Assembly (NCBI GenBank): GCA_963761335.1
Contig: CAVXGR010000025.1
Location: 53,670-117,669, forward strand
Origin: an uncultured delta proteobacterium
GTDB lineage: Bacteria > Desulfobacterota > Binatia > HRBIN30 > BPIQ01
Length of the DNA stretch: 64,000 bases
Reading direction: 5' to 3'
Position numbers and translations under genes: made by a program. The notes beneath the pieces were generated by a model. The model was not told the DNA's origin, did no database searches, and saw only the letters and a list, made by a program, of their open reading frames with translations. Numbering within the stretch: the stretch's first letter is position 1; each line of letters opens with the position of its first letter. Below, piece by piece: positions 8,905 through 20,000 of this stretch.

Positions 8905-10469
8905 GGCAGAAGCAGATACGACCACGTCTCGGTCAAGGCGTTGCCTCCCTGCTCGAGAAAGGCCCGCAGCTCGACGGGGTTGTCGGTCTTCGGTCGGACC
9001 TGAAAGACCAGTCGCCAACCGCCGGTCTCGGTGTTCTTCACCACGTGCTGCTCCAACAGCTCGGCGGCGCTGTCGCTGCCGATCACCGTGACCACGGCTC
9101 GCAGCACCGTGTCCTCGGGTATTCGCGTCAGCTTTTGGCCGCTGAAGTCGATGACGAAGCGGTCGACCCCCTTGGCCGGAGAGTCGCGGCGGGTCGCCAC
9201 CGCCACCCCGGCGGCCGGCTCCATGACGTCGGCATCGCCGTCGTCCCAGTAGGTCTTGTAGGCGAAGGAGAGCGGCTCCCCGAGTGCCGGCAGCGACGCC
9301 GGCACCCAGTAGGCGACGACGTTGTCGTTGGTCTCGTCTTTGGTCGGGATCTCCACCAGCTCGACGCGCCCGTCGCCCCAGTCGCCTTCGGGGACGACCC
9401 AGGCGCTGGGGCGTCGCTCATAGTGGCTCTCCAGATCCTGATAGTCCTCGAAGTTTCGGTCGCGCTGCAGCAGGCCAAAGCCCCGCGGGTTCGATGTCTG
9501 GAAGCTGCTCACCTGGAGGCTGCTCGGGTTCTCCAGCGGCCGCCACAACCACTCGCCGCTGGCCAGATCCAGCTGTAGGCCGTCGGAGTCGTGAACCTCG
9601 GGGCGAAAGTTGTCGAAGTAGCGCACGCCGTTCTCGCCGAAGAAGAACATGCTCGTCAGTGGCGCGATCCCCAGCTTCTCGACATCCTTGCGGCGGAAGA
9701 GACGCTCGTCGACCTCGACCCGCGTCGGCGCGCCGGGACGCACCACGAATTGATAGGCGCCGCTCAGGCTGGGGCTGTCGAGAAGCGCATAGATGGCCAT
9801 CTCCTTGGCGCCGGGCGCCGGACGCACCAGCCAGAACTCCTTGAAGAAGGGGAACTCCTCTCCAGAGCTCAGCGCCGTGTCGATCGCCACCCCGCGCGCC
9901 GAGAGCCCGAAGCCGTTGTTCCGGCCGACGGCGCGGAAATAGCTCGCGCCGAGGAAGACGATCACCTCGTCGTAGTACTTCGGCGTCTTCAGCGGATAGT
10001 GGAGCCGGAGGCCGGCATAGCCGAGGTTCTGCGGCACCTTGCTGGCGAAGTTGTTCTTCCCGTAGTCGAACTGGCTGGGCGAGAACGGCACCGGATGGAC
10101 GCCGCTGGAGTTCACCACGTTGATGGCGACGACCCGGTCGTAGTAGAGCCCCGGGTGGAAGAACTGCACCTGAAACGGTGAGCGGCTGTCGCGCCAGAGG
10201 GCGTCTTCCGGACGGAAACGGATGTCCCGCCACTGGTCGTAGGTGATGTCGAGGAGCCAGCGGGGGACAGCGGGCGGGGGCGCCTGGAAGGGCTCCTGTG
10301 CCAGCTTGCGGGCGCGGGCGATGACGTCGTCGAATCCGAAGGCAGCATGGGCGCGCCCGGGGGCGAGGACGGGGAGCAGAGCCCCAATTGCGCCCACCAG
10401 CACCAGTCGCTGCCAGAAGGCGATACCCCGCGTCGCCGGCGTCTGCCTGGTCCCCTTTGCCCCCAACAT
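8901..10469 (-). CDS. opgG: Periplasmic glucan biosynthesis protein OpgG/MdoG (GH186)
   Basis: YDQWRDIRF, FLGASYFRA, GLSARG, EEFPFF, APLTSMF, RPEVHDSDGL and TETWSY. Confidence 0.95.
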   Translation of the reverse strand: MLGAKGTRQTPATRGIAFWQRLVLVGAIGALLPVLAPGRAHAAFGFDDVIARARKLAQEPFQAPPPAVPRWLLDITYDQWRDIRFRPEDALWRDSRSPFQVQFFHPGLYYDRVVAINVVNSSGVHPVPFSPSQFDYGKNNFASKVPQNLGYAGLRLHYPLKTPKYYDEVIVFLGASYFRAVGRNNGFGLSARGVAIDTALSSGEEFPFFKEFWLVRPAPGAKEMAIYALLDSPSLSGAYQFVVRPGAPTRVEVDERLFRRKDVEKLGIAPLTSMFFFGENGVRYFDNFRPEVHDSDGLQLDLASGEWLWRPLENPSSLQVSSFQTSNPRGFGLLQRDRNFEDYQDLESHYERRPSAWVVPEGDWGDGRVELVEIPTKDETNDNVVAYWVPASLPALGEPLSFAYKTYWDDGDADVMEPAAGVAVATRRDSPAKGVDRFVIDFSGQKLTRIPEDTVLRAVVTVIGSDSAAELLEQHVVKNTETGGWRLVFQVRPKTDNPVELRAFLEQGGNALTETWSYLLLP

Positions 10470-10617
10470 CTGTTCCTCCTGGTCACGGTAGCACGATCCA
10501 ATCCGATCACCACATCATGCAGCCAGCCGTCAACTCCTAGCAGCCCGCCAGCACCGCTGCACATTTCCCCTTTTCCCATCGCTTCGCTAGAGTTCGCCGG
10601 CTGGAAGTCTTCGCATT

Positions 10618-11985
10618 TTGCCGCCGACGCCTGCAAACCCCTCTGGAGCGCTGCCGCACTCCGGCTGCCACCGGAAGAGTGCCCTGGCGGCCGCGCCGCT
10701 GGCGGTGGTCGTCCTTCTCTCGTGCGCCGCATGCTCTCGTCCCCAGGGGCGCGAGCAGCTCGTCGAGCTCTGGGCTCTGGGGCGCGAGGGCGAGGTGGTA
10801 CAACGACTGATTCCCGAGTTCGAGCGGCGCAACCCCGCGATCCGCGTCCGTGTCCAACAGATCCCCTGGAGCGCTGCGCACGAGAAGCTGTTGACCGCAT
10901 TCGTCGGCGAATCCATGCCGGATGTCTTTCAGGTGGGCAATACCTGGATCCCCGAGTTTGCCGCTCTCGATGCCGTCGAGCCGCTCGATGCCCGTATCGC
11001 CGCCTCCGCCGCGGTGACGCCCGGAGACTACTTCGCCGGCATCCTGGCGACCAACACCATCGGCGGCACCACCTACGCGCTTCCCTGGTACGTCGACACC
11101 CGCCTCCTCTTCTATCGCAGCGACATACTGGCCGCCGCCGGCTACCCGGCAGCGCCGCGTTCGTGGGCCGATTGGCTCCAGGCGATGCGCCAAATCAAGG
11201 AACGCGGCGGCGGCAACGGCTACGCGATTCTGCTGCCGATCCAGGAGTGGGAGGCGCCGGTGATTCTGGCGATGCAGCTCGGCGCACATCTGCTGCGAGA
11301 GGGAGGGCGCTATGGCAACTTCCGCAGCCCGGCGTTCCGGCGCGCCTTCGCCTTCTACCTCGACCTCTTCCGCCAGGGGCTGGCGCCACAGGCGGGAGCC
11401 GCCCAGGTCGCCAACGTCTATCAGGAGTTCGCCCGCGGTTACTTCGGCTTCTATCTGAGCGGTCCCTGGAACATCGGCGAGTTTCGCCGCCGGCTGCCCC
11501 CGGAGATGAACGGCAAGTGGGCGACGGCGCCGATGCCGTCACCCGACGCGGCGTATCCCGGGACGTCTCTGGCCGGCGGCGCCAGCCTGGCGCTGTCCCG
11601 GACCTCGCGGCAGAAGGACGCCGCCTGGCGCCTGATCGAGTATCTCGCCGACCCGGCCCGGCAGGCGGAGTTCTACCGCCTGACCGGCGATCTCCCCTCG
11701 CGCCAGAGCGCCTGGGCAGCCGACGACCTGGCCCATCAGCCCTACACGGCGGCCTTCTGGGAGCAGCTGCACGCCGTGCAGCCGGCGCCGCAGGTTCCGG
11801 AATGGGAGCAGATCGCCAGCAAGGTGGCCGAACACTCCGAAGCCGCCGTCCGCGGCAGCGTCGGCATCGACGCCGCTCTGCACGACCTCGATCACGACGT
11901 CGATCAGATTCTCGAGAAGCGCCGCTGGATGCTGCGCCGCTCGGAAGGCGAAGGGGCAACCCCGGCGGCCGCGGAGGAGGACTGA
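10618..11985 (+). CDS. Sugar ABC transporter substrate-binding lipoprotein
   Basis: Lipobox-like CAAC; QQIPWSAAHEKLLTA and PWYVDTRLLFYR; start uncertain. Confidence 0.88.
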   Translation: MPPTPANPSGALPHSGCHRKSALAAAPLAVVVLLSCAACSRPQGREQLVELWALGREGEVVQRLIPEFERRNPAIRVRVQQIPWSAAHEKLLTAFVGESMPDVFQVGNTWIPEFAALDAVEPLDARIAASAAVTPGDYFAGILATNTIGGTTYALPWYVDTRLLFYRSDILAAAGYPAAPRSWADWLQAMRQIKERGGGNGYAILLPIQEWEAPVILAMQLGAHLLREGGRYGNFRSPAFRRAFAFYLDLFRQGLAPQAGAAQVANVYQEFARGYFGFYLSGPWNIGEFRRRLPPEMNGKWATAPMPSPDAAYPGTSLAGGASLALSRTSRQKDAAWRLIEYLADPARQAEFYRLTGDLPSRQSAWAADDLAHQPYTAAFWEQLHAVQPAPQVPEWEQIASKVAEHSEAAVRGSVGIDAALHDLDHDVDQILEKRRWMLRRSEGEGATPAAAEED

Positions 11986-11988
11986 GCC

Positions 11989-12954
11989 GTGGCCCCGGAA
12001 GCTGCCGGCAGCCTCATGCGGCGCCGTTTCCCAGCGCGCCTTCACCCGGCCGTGTGGTTCCTCGCCCCGGCGCTGCTGGCGATCTTCGTCTTCTTCTTCG
12101 TGCCGGTTGTCGCCTCGCTGCTGCTGAGCTTTACCGACTTCGACATCTACGCCGCCGGCAACCCCGCCAATCTGCGCCTCGTCGGCACCAGCAACTACAC
12201 TCGCCTGATGCGCGATCCGCTCTTTTGGGTGGCGCTCCGCAATACCTTCTACTTCGTGGTCGTCGGTGGGCCGCTCTCGGTGGGCGTCTCGCTGTTGGCG
12301 GCATTGCTCCTCGAGGCCAAGGCGGTGCGCCTGCGCGGCTTCTTCCGGACCGCCTTCTTCCTGCCGGTGGTGACCACGCTGGTGGCCACGGCGGTCGTCT
12401 GGCGGTACCTCTACCATCCGCGCTACGGCCTGCTGAATGCCGCCCTCGGCTTCTTCGGCATCGGCGCCATCGACTGGCTCGGCGACCCGCGCTGGGCGAT
12501 GCCGGCGATCATTCTCATGGCGGTGTGGAAGAACTTCGGGTTCAACATGATCATCTTCATCGCCGGGCTGCAGAGCATTCCCGAGCGCCTGTACGAGGCC
12601 GCCCGCATCGACGGCGCCGGGCGCTGGCAGCAGTTTCGCGGCGTCACCCTGCCGATGCTGGCACCGACCTTCCTCTTCGTCGCCATCATCACCATGATCG
12701 GCTACTTCCAGCTGTTCGCCGAGCCCTATGTGATGACTCAGGGGGGGCCGGCGAACAGCACCCTCAGCGTCGTCCTTCTCATGTACGAGGAGGGCTTCCG
12801 CTGGTGGAACATGGGATACGCCGCCGCCATTGCCTTCGTGCTCTTCGCCATCATCCTCGCCTTCACCGCCCTGCAGCTCGTCGTGCAACGGCGGCGCAGC
12901 GCCGCGCCCGGCCCCGCGCTCGGGCAAACGGCCGGTGCCGGGGGTGTCCGGTGA
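11989..12954 (+). CDS. Sugar ABC transporter permease (MalF-like)
   Basis: EAA loop LYEAARIDGA; multiple TM helices; alternative start 12016. Confidence 0.92.
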   Translation: MAPEAAGSLMRRRFPARLHPAVWFLAPALLAIFVFFFVPVVASLLLSFTDFDIYAAGNPANLRLVGTSNYTRLMRDPLFWVALRNTFYFVVVGGPLSVGVSLLAALLLEAKAVRLRGFFRTAFFLPVVTTLVATAVVWRYLYHPRYGLLNAALGFFGIGAIDWLGDPRWAMPAIILMAVWKNFGFNMIIFIAGLQSIPERLYEAARIDGAGRWQQFRGVTLPMLAPTFLFVAIITMIGYFQLFAEPYVMTQGGPANSTLSVVLLMYEEGFRWWNMGYAAAIAFVLFAIILAFTALQLVVQRRRSAAPGPALGQTAGAGGVR

Positions 12955-13772
12955 AGCGCCGCCTGCAGTCCGTCGCCCTCCACCTGGGTCTCGCGGCCGC
13001 GGCCCTGGTCACGGCGCTGCCGCTGCTGTGGATGCTCTCCGCCTCACTGATGCCGACGGGACAAGCCACGGCGCTGCCGCCCCGGCTCTTGCCTTCTCCC
13101 CCGACGTTGGAGCACTACCGCGCCCTGTTCACCCGGCTCGACCTCGGACGCAACGCTCTCAACAGCGCCCTGATCGCCACCGCCGCCACCCTCATCTCGC
13201 TGCTCTTCAACTCCATGGCCGGCTACGCCTTTGCCAAGTTCCACTTCCGCGGCCGCGACCGTCTCTTCAGCGGGCTGCTGGCCGCCATGGTGATCCCGGC
13301 ACAGGTGTCGATGCTGCCGCTGTTTCTCATGCTCAAGAACATGGGCCTGGTGAACACCTACTGGGGGGTGATCATCCCCAGCATGGCCAGCATCTTCGGA
13401 ATATTCCTGGTGCGGCAGTACGCGCAGTCGATCCCCGACAGCATTCTCGACGCGGCGCGCATCGACGGCGCCGGCGAGCTGCGCATCTATTGGTCCCTGG
13501 TTCTGCCCGCCTGCCGCCCGATCCTGGTCACCCTGGCCATCTTCACCTTCATGGGCACGTGGAACGATTTCATGTGGCCCCTGATCGTGCTGACAAACAG
13601 CGATATGTACACCTTGCCGGTCGCCCTGGCGAACCTCCTCGGCGAGCATGCCCAGGACACGGAGCTGATGATGGCGGGCGCCGTGCTGACGGTCCTGCCG
13701 GTGATGGTGCTGTTTATCGCGCTGCAGAAATACTACATTGCGGGGATCATGGCCGGCGCGGTGAAGGACTAG
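12951..13772 (+). CDS. Sugar ABC transporter permease (MalG-like)
   Basis: GTG overlaps the upstream stop; LDAARIDGAGE and WNDFMWPLIV. Confidence 0.92.
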   Translation: MKRRLQSVALHLGLAAAALVTALPLLWMLSASLMPTGQATALPPRLLPSPPTLEHYRALFTRLDLGRNALNSALIATAATLISLLFNSMAGYAFAKFHFRGRDRLFSGLLAAMVIPAQVSMLPLFLMLKNMGLVNTYWGVIIPSMASIFGIFLVRQYAQSIPDSILDAARIDGAGELRIYWSLVLPACRPILVTLAIFTFMGTWNDFMWPLIVLTNSDMYTLPVALANLLGEHAQDTELMMAGAVLTVLPVMVLFIALQKYYIAGIMAGAVKD

Positions 13773-13813
13773 TGGGGACCCAACTCTTCGGCGGCGCTCG
13801 GCGCCGTCTCCCG

Positions 13814-16800
13814 GTGCGCCGCTATGACTTCATTCTGGCGATTCTCGTCGCTGCGGCGATACAGGCACCGTCGGTCCGTGGCGCCGAGCCGCAGATTCTC
13901 GACGCCTTCGATGATCTCAGTGGGTGGACTGCTGCCGCCTCCCAGGGCGCCAGCATCGAGATCGCCCAGGACCGCGGCACCGACGGCATGGGCCTGCGCA
14001 TCGATTTCGACTTCCACGGGGGTGCCGGGTACGTCCTGGTGCACAAGGCACTGCCTCTGGCGTTGCCCGAGAACTATGCCTTCTCGTTCGACATCCGCGG
14101 CGAGGCGCCGCGCAACGACTTCGAGTTCAAGCTGGTGGACCGTTCGGGAAAGAGCGTGTGGTGGCGCCGCCTGCGCGATTTCGCCTTCCCATCCAGCTGG
14201 GAGCACCAGGTCATTCGCAAGCCGCGGATCGAGTTCGCGTGGGGGCCGGCGCACGGGGGAGAGCTGAAGCAGGTGGGTGCCATCGAGTTCGGCATCTCCG
14301 CGGGATCGGGCGGCGGCAAGGGATCGGTGTGGATCGACACCCTGGCCTTCGAGCAGAGAGAGCCGGCCAGCGCCTACAATCACACGGCGACGGTGCTCGC
14401 CTCCACGTCGCTGCCGGGGCACGAGCCGGAGCTGATCCTGGACCAGGACCCGGCAACCAGCTGGCACAGCGGCACCGTCGCTCCCGGGCAGTGGGTGATC
14501 ATCGATTTCGGCAAGACCCGCGAGTACGGCGGTCTGGTGATCGACTGGGACGAAAGCGATTTCGCCATCGCCTACGAGGTGCAGGTCTCGGACGATCAGC
14601 AGAGCTGGACGACGGCGTACACCAGCACCGCGGGAAACGGCGGACGCGACTACATTTACATGCCCGATGCGGAGTCGCGTTACGTACGCCTCAAGCTGCA
14701 GCAGAGCAGCATTGGCTCGGGCTACGGGATCCGCGACGTGACCGTGAAGCCGTTCGAGTTCTCGGCGTCGCCGAACCAGTTCTTCCGCACCATCGCCCAG
14801 GAGGGCAAGCCGGGTCTCTACCCGAAGTACTTCTACGACCGGCAGACGTACTGGACGGTGGTCGGCGTCAACGGCGATTCCAAGGAGGCGCTGCTCAACG
14901 AGGAAGGCATGCTCGAGGTGGAGAAGGGGGGCTTCTCGATCGAGCCTTTTCTGTATGCAGACGGGCACCTGGTGGGCTGGAGTGACGTACAGACGTCTCA
15001 AGAGCTCGATGCCGGCTACCTGCCCATCCCCTCCGTCATCTGGCGGAGCGATCAGCTGTCGCTGCGAATCACCGTCTTCGCCTCCGGACCCGCCGAGCAA
15101 TCGGTCCTCTATGCCCGCTACCATCTGGAGAACGCCGGGGCCGAGTTCGCCCACGTGGCGCTCTTCCTCGCCATCCGCCCGTTTCAGGTGGTCCCGCCCT
15201 GGCAGTCGCTCAACATGGTCGGCGGCGTGTCGCTCATTCACTCCATCACCCTCGATGGCCGCATCGCCTGGGTGAACCACGACAAGCCGATCATCTCGCT
15301 GACGGCGCCCGAGCGTTCCGGCACCTCGATTTTCGAACGGGGTCCGGTGGTCGACTTCCTCGCCGGCGGCCGGGTGCCGCCGCAGGCCGAGTCCGAGGAC
15401 CCCTTCGGCTTCGCGTCCGGCGCGTTCCAGTACGGTCTGGATCTACAGCCCGGAGGAGTCGCCGACGTCGATATCGCCATTCCCTTCCATGAGGTACCTT
15501 CCGCGCTCGCACCCGGGGTCACTGCAGTCACCGGCGAGATCGCCGGGCTCGACGTCCAGCTGCAGAAGACCGAGGATTACTGGCGCAGCGCCCTCGACCG
15601 CGTCGACTACGAGCTTCCGCCGGCAGCCGTCGACATCTCACGGACGGCCAAGACGACCCTCGCCTACATTCTCATCAACCGCGACGGCGCCGCCATCCAG
15701 CCCGGCTCGCGCAGCTATGCGCGCTCCTGGATTCGCGACGGCGCCTTGACCTCCGCCTCGCTTCTCGAGCTGGGGTTCACCGAGGAGGTGCGCGAGTTTC
15801 TGCGCTGGTACTCCGGCTATCAGTACCACGACGGCAAGATCCCGTGCTGCGTCGATTACCGCGGTGCCGATCCGACTCCGGAGTACGACTCGAATGGGGA
15901 GTTCATCTTTGCGGTGATGGATTACTACCGCTTCACGCGCGACGTGGGCTTTCTGAGCGAGATGTGGCCGCACGTGATCAAGGCCGTGGACTACCTCGAG
16001 CGGCTCCGCCAGCAGACCATGACGGACGCCTACACCAACCCGGACAAGCAGGCCTTCTACGGGCTCCTGCCGGAGTCCATCAGTCACGAGGGCTACGCCT
16101 CGCACCCGGTGCATTCGTATTGGGACGACTTCTTCGCGCTGCGCGGGCTCAAGGATGCGGCGCGCATGGCGGTGATCGTTGGCGACACCCATCGCGCCGC
16201 ACAATTCGCCGCCCTGCGCGACGCCTTTCGCAAGGATCTCTACAGCTCGATCGACCGCGTGGTGCAGGAGCATCATCTCGACTACGTCCCGGCGTCCGCC
16301 GATCTCGGCGACTTCGATCCCAACGCCACCGCCATCGCCCTGATCCCGGGGGGCGAGTACGAGAACATGCCTCCGGCGCTGCTGGAGCACACCTTCGATC
16401 GCTACTTCGACGCCTTCGAGAAACGCGCCCACGGCGAGGGCGGCTGGGATTCCTATACGCCCTACGAGCTGCGCAACGTCGCTGCCCTGGTGCTGATGGG
16501 AGAGCGCGACCGCGCCGTGGAGGTGCTGCGCGCCCTGATGGCGGATCGCCATCCGACCGCCTGGAACGAGTGGCCGGAGATCGTCTGGCGAGACCGCGCC
16601 GCCCCGCGCTTCATCGGCGACATGCCGCACACCTGGGTTGGCTCGGCGTTCCTGCGCTCCTTGCGCACCCTCTTCGCCTTCGAGCGCGAGGCGGACGGCT
16701 CTCTGGTGATCGGCGCCGGGCTCCCCTGGGAATGGGTCAGCAGCGAAACGGGAGTCTCCGTGGAGAGAATGCCGACGCAGTACGGAGTTCTGCATCTGGC

Positions 16801-16999
16801 CATTCGCAGTGAGTCGGCGGGCTCGGTTACCGTCCGCCTGTCCGGGGACCTGACCATGCCTCCGGGAGGAATCATCGTGCAGCCGCCACTGCCGGAGCCG
16901 CTCAAGTCGGTGCACGTGAATGGCATTCCGATCGGCTCCTTCGGGCCCGATCAGGCTCTGGTGCGTTCCTTTCCCGCGGAGGTGGTGCTGGAGTACTGA
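13814..16999 (+). CDS. Secreted F5/8 type C (discoidin) domain protein with a C-terminal (alpha/alpha)6 glycoside hydrolase-like domain
   Basis: Signal peptide; discoidin-like WVIIDFG..YEVQVSDD; RSYARSWIRDGA, SISHEGY and DMPHTW. Confidence 0.8.
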   Translation: MRRYDFILAILVAAAIQAPSVRGAEPQILDAFDDLSGWTAAASQGASIEIAQDRGTDGMGLRIDFDFHGGAGYVLVHKALPLALPENYAFSFDIRGEAPRNDFEFKLVDRSGKSVWWRRLRDFAFPSSWEHQVIRKPRIEFAWGPAHGGELKQVGAIEFGISAGSGGGKGSVWIDTLAFEQREPASAYNHTATVLASTSLPGHEPELILDQDPATSWHSGTVAPGQWVIIDFGKTREYGGLVIDWDESDFAIAYEVQVSDDQQSWTTAYTSTAGNGGRDYIYMPDAESRYVRLKLQQSSIGSGYGIRDVTVKPFEFSASPNQFFRTIAQEGKPGLYPKYFYDRQTYWTVVGVNGDSKEALLNEEGMLEVEKGGFSIEPFLYADGHLVGWSDVQTSQELDAGYLPIPSVIWRSDQLSLRITVFASGPAEQSVLYARYHLENAGAEFAHVALFLAIRPFQVVPPWQSLNMVGGVSLIHSITLDGRIAWVNHDKPIISLTAPERSGTSIFERGPVVDFLAGGRVPPQAESEDPFGFASGAFQYGLDLQPGGVADVDIAIPFHEVPSALAPGVTAVTGEIAGLDVQLQKTEDYWRSALDRVDYELPPAAVDISRTAKTTLAYILINRDGAAIQPGSRSYARSWIRDGALTSASLLELGFTEEVREFLRWYSGYQYHDGKIPCCVDYRGADPTPEYDSNGEFIFAVMDYYRFTRDVGFLSEMWPHVIKAVDYLERLRQQTMTDAYTNPDKQAFYGLLPESISHEGYASHPVHSYWDDFFALRGLKDAARMAVIVGDTHRAAQFAALRDAFRKDLYSSIDRVVQEHHLDYVPASADLGDFDPNATAIALIPGGEYENMPPALLEHTFDRYFDAFEKRAHGEGGWDSYTPYELRNVAALVLMGERDRAVEVLRALMADRHPTAWNEWPEIVWRDRAAPRFIGDMPHTWVGSAFLRSLRTLFAFEREADGSLVIGAGLPWEWVSSETGVSVERMPTQYGVLHLAIRSESAGSVTVRLSGDLTMPPGGIIVQPPLPEPLKSVHVNGIPIGSFGPDQALVRSFPAEVVLEY

Positions 17000-17004
17000 G
17001 CGAC

Positions 17005-20000
17005 ATGCGCGCCGCCGCCCATCTGCCTCGTCTCGATCGTCTGGACGACGCCGCACCGCATGCGCGTCTGCTCTCGAATGGCTCCTATACGGTGCTCATC
17101 AGCAGCGCGGGCACCGGCCTCTCCACCTGGGGGGATACGGCGCTGACCGCCTGGAGCGGTGACCGCACCGAGGATGGCGACGGCGTCTTCCTCTACATAC
17201 GCGATCTCGACGACGGACGCTTCTGGTCGGCAACGGTACAGCCGGTGACCGCGGGTTTCGACTCGCACGGCGCCGCGTATGCCGACGGATGCATGCGTCT
17301 GAGCCGGACCCAGTGCGGCGTCGAGACGCAGGTCGATATCGCCGTGGCACCGCACGCGCCGCTGGAGGTGCGGCGGCTGCGACTGCGCAATCTCGGCGAC
17401 CGGCCGCGCCGCCTCGAGGTCACCACCTACGCCGAGGTCGTCCTTCAGCAACGGGCAGCGCACGCTGCACACCCGGCGTTCTCGAAGCTCTTCGTCGAGA
17501 CCTTCTTCGAGCCCGCAAGCGAGCTGCTGTTGGCGAGTCGCCGGCCGCGCAGCGACGGCGAGCCGCGGCGTTGGATGGCGCAGGCGCTGCTCGGCCCCGG
17601 AAGCGCGCAGTGGGAGTCGGACCGCGGCCGCTTTCTCGGACGGGGACGAACCCCGACAGATCCGCTGGCCCTGAGCGGAGACCTCTCCGGAAGCAGCGGC
17701 CGCGTCCTCGACCCCGTGCTGGCCATGCGCCGCCGCGTCTCCCTGGCCGCGGGTGAAGCCGCCGAGCTCGCCGCCATCATCGCCGCGGGAGACTCGCGTT
17801 CCGGCGTGCGAGCGGCGATCGCCCCGCTGCGGTCCGACCCGGCCGGGGTCGGCGCGACCTTCGCGGCGGCGGCCGCCGCCGAAGGCGCCGTGCGCAGCCG
17901 CCTGCAGCTCGACGAACGGGATGCCGCCTATCTCCAGGAGCTGGCGGGCGCCATGCTCTACGGTCGCGCCGCGCTGCGCGCCGCCGTCAGGGCGCGGCGC
18001 GCCCCCGGCACTCTCGATCGCAGCATCTACGGCTTGCGCTCCGAAGCGCTGCTGGTGCTGGCCGAGATCGGCGCCGCCGATGCGGAGACCCTCGTCCCCG
18101 AGATCGCTGCGGCGCGCGCCTACTGGGGCGCTCGCGGCGTCCGCATCGAGCTGATCGTCCTCTGTGATGATCCCGGGTTGGCGGCGACCCGACTGCAGGC
18201 GTGCTGGCAGTCCGTGGCCGAGATTCTCCCCGGCGCGACACCGGGAAATATCGCCGTTCACGGCGCTGCCGAGGTCGGCGCGGAGGCGCGGGCGAAGATG
18301 CGCGCCGCCGCCGACCTGGCGATTCGCCACAGCTTTCCAATCCTCAGGGAACCGAGGCGGAACCGCGCCCGCGGAGGGCAAGCCTCCGGCGTGCCATTGT
18401 CTTCAGCGGCGGCTGGGGGTGTCTCGCCGCAGGCGCGCCCTCGCGAGGATCTCCTCTTCGACAACGGCCACGGGGGCTTCACCGCCGACGGGCGCGAGTA
18501 CGTCATTCACCTCGATCCGCGAGCCCCCGGCGGCAGCCGGCCGCCGATGCCGTGGATCAATGTCGTCGCCAACGAGCAGTTCGGCTCCCTGCTGAGCGAG
18601 AGCGGCGCCCGCTACACCTGGAGTGGCAACAGCCGCGAGAACCGACTGACGCCGTGGTACAACGACCCGGTGAGCGACCCGTACGGCGAGGCGCTCTATC
18701 TTCGGGACGAGGAGAGCGGCGCGCTGTGGTCGCCCCTGCCGGGGCCGTCGTCGGCGGCGACGGCCGCCGAGGTGCGCCATGGATTCGGCTATTCGAAGTG
18801 GCGACAACGCTGCAGCGACCTGGACCAAGAGGTCACCATCTTCGTGCCGCGGGCCGATCCGCTGCAGATTGTCCATTTGCATCTCACCAATCTCGGGGAG
18901 GGACCGCGACGCCTGTCGGCCTTCTCCTATCACCGGCTGGTTCTCGGGCCGCAGCAGTCGCAGAGCGTGCGCACCGAGATCGATTCCGAGGCGCTCCTGC
19001 TGCTCGCCGTGAACCCGATGAACGGCGCCTTCAGCGACCGGGTCGCCTTTGCTGCCGCGGCGCTCTCGGAGGGCGCACGCTGCTTCCTGAGCGGTGATCG
19101 CGCCTCTTTCATCGGCCGCAATCGCCGTCCGGCCAACGCCGCGCTCCCGAGCAGCGGGGCGGACCTCGACGGCCGCAGCGGCGCCGATCTGGATCCGTGC
19201 GCGGCGCTGCAGGTAAAGCTCGAGCTGCTGCCGGCTGCCTCGGTGGACGTCTTCTTTCTCTTCGGCCAGACCGAGAGCGCTGCGGCGGCGCGGACCCTGG
19301 TGGAGCGCTACCGCCGACCCGGTGTCGCGGCGGAGGCGCTCGCCGGGGTGCGGCGCTTCTGGCAGGAGACGCTCTCGGCGATCTCCGTGGAGACGCCGGT
19401 ACGATCGCTCGACCTGATGCTCAACGGCTGGCTTCTCTATCAGGCGCTCGCCTGTCGATTGTGGGCGCGCTCGGCATTCTATCAGTCGGGCGGCGCCTTC
19501 GGCTTCCGCGACCAGCTACAGGACTCGGCGGCGCTGGTCTACGCGCGCCCGGCGCTGATGCGCGCTCAGATCGCCCTGCACGCCGCGCATCAGTTCACCG
19601 AGGGGGACGTGCTGCACTGGTGGCATCCACCCGACGATCGCGGCACGCGCACGCGCTTCGCCGACGACCTCCTGTGGATGCCGTATCTGGCCGCCTTCTA
19701 CGCCCGCAGCACGGGCGACTGGGGAATATTCGACGAGACCGCGGCATACGTCAGCGCGCGGCGGCTCGAGCCGGGAGAGGACGAGGCATATCTGCGCTCG
19801 TCGCCCTCCACCGAGACCTCGGACATCTACGAGCACTGCTGCCGGGCGATCGACCGCTCTCTTGCCCTCGGCGCGCATGGCCTGCCGCTCATGGGAACCG
19901 GAGACTGGAACGACGGCATGAACCGCGTCGGCCGCGAGGGGCGCGGCGAGAGCGTGTGGATGGCGTTCTTCCTCCACGACGTCCTCGTCCAGTTCGAGCC

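Noticed and set aside
10347..13813. Very long ORFs 10347-13772 and 12830-16999 as fusion proteins (likewise 2995-5814, 54067-56874, 58306-60573)
   Set aside because: The upstream parts are Arg/Pro-rich alternative-frame sequence overlapping real genes, an artefact of high GC; starts were trimmed.
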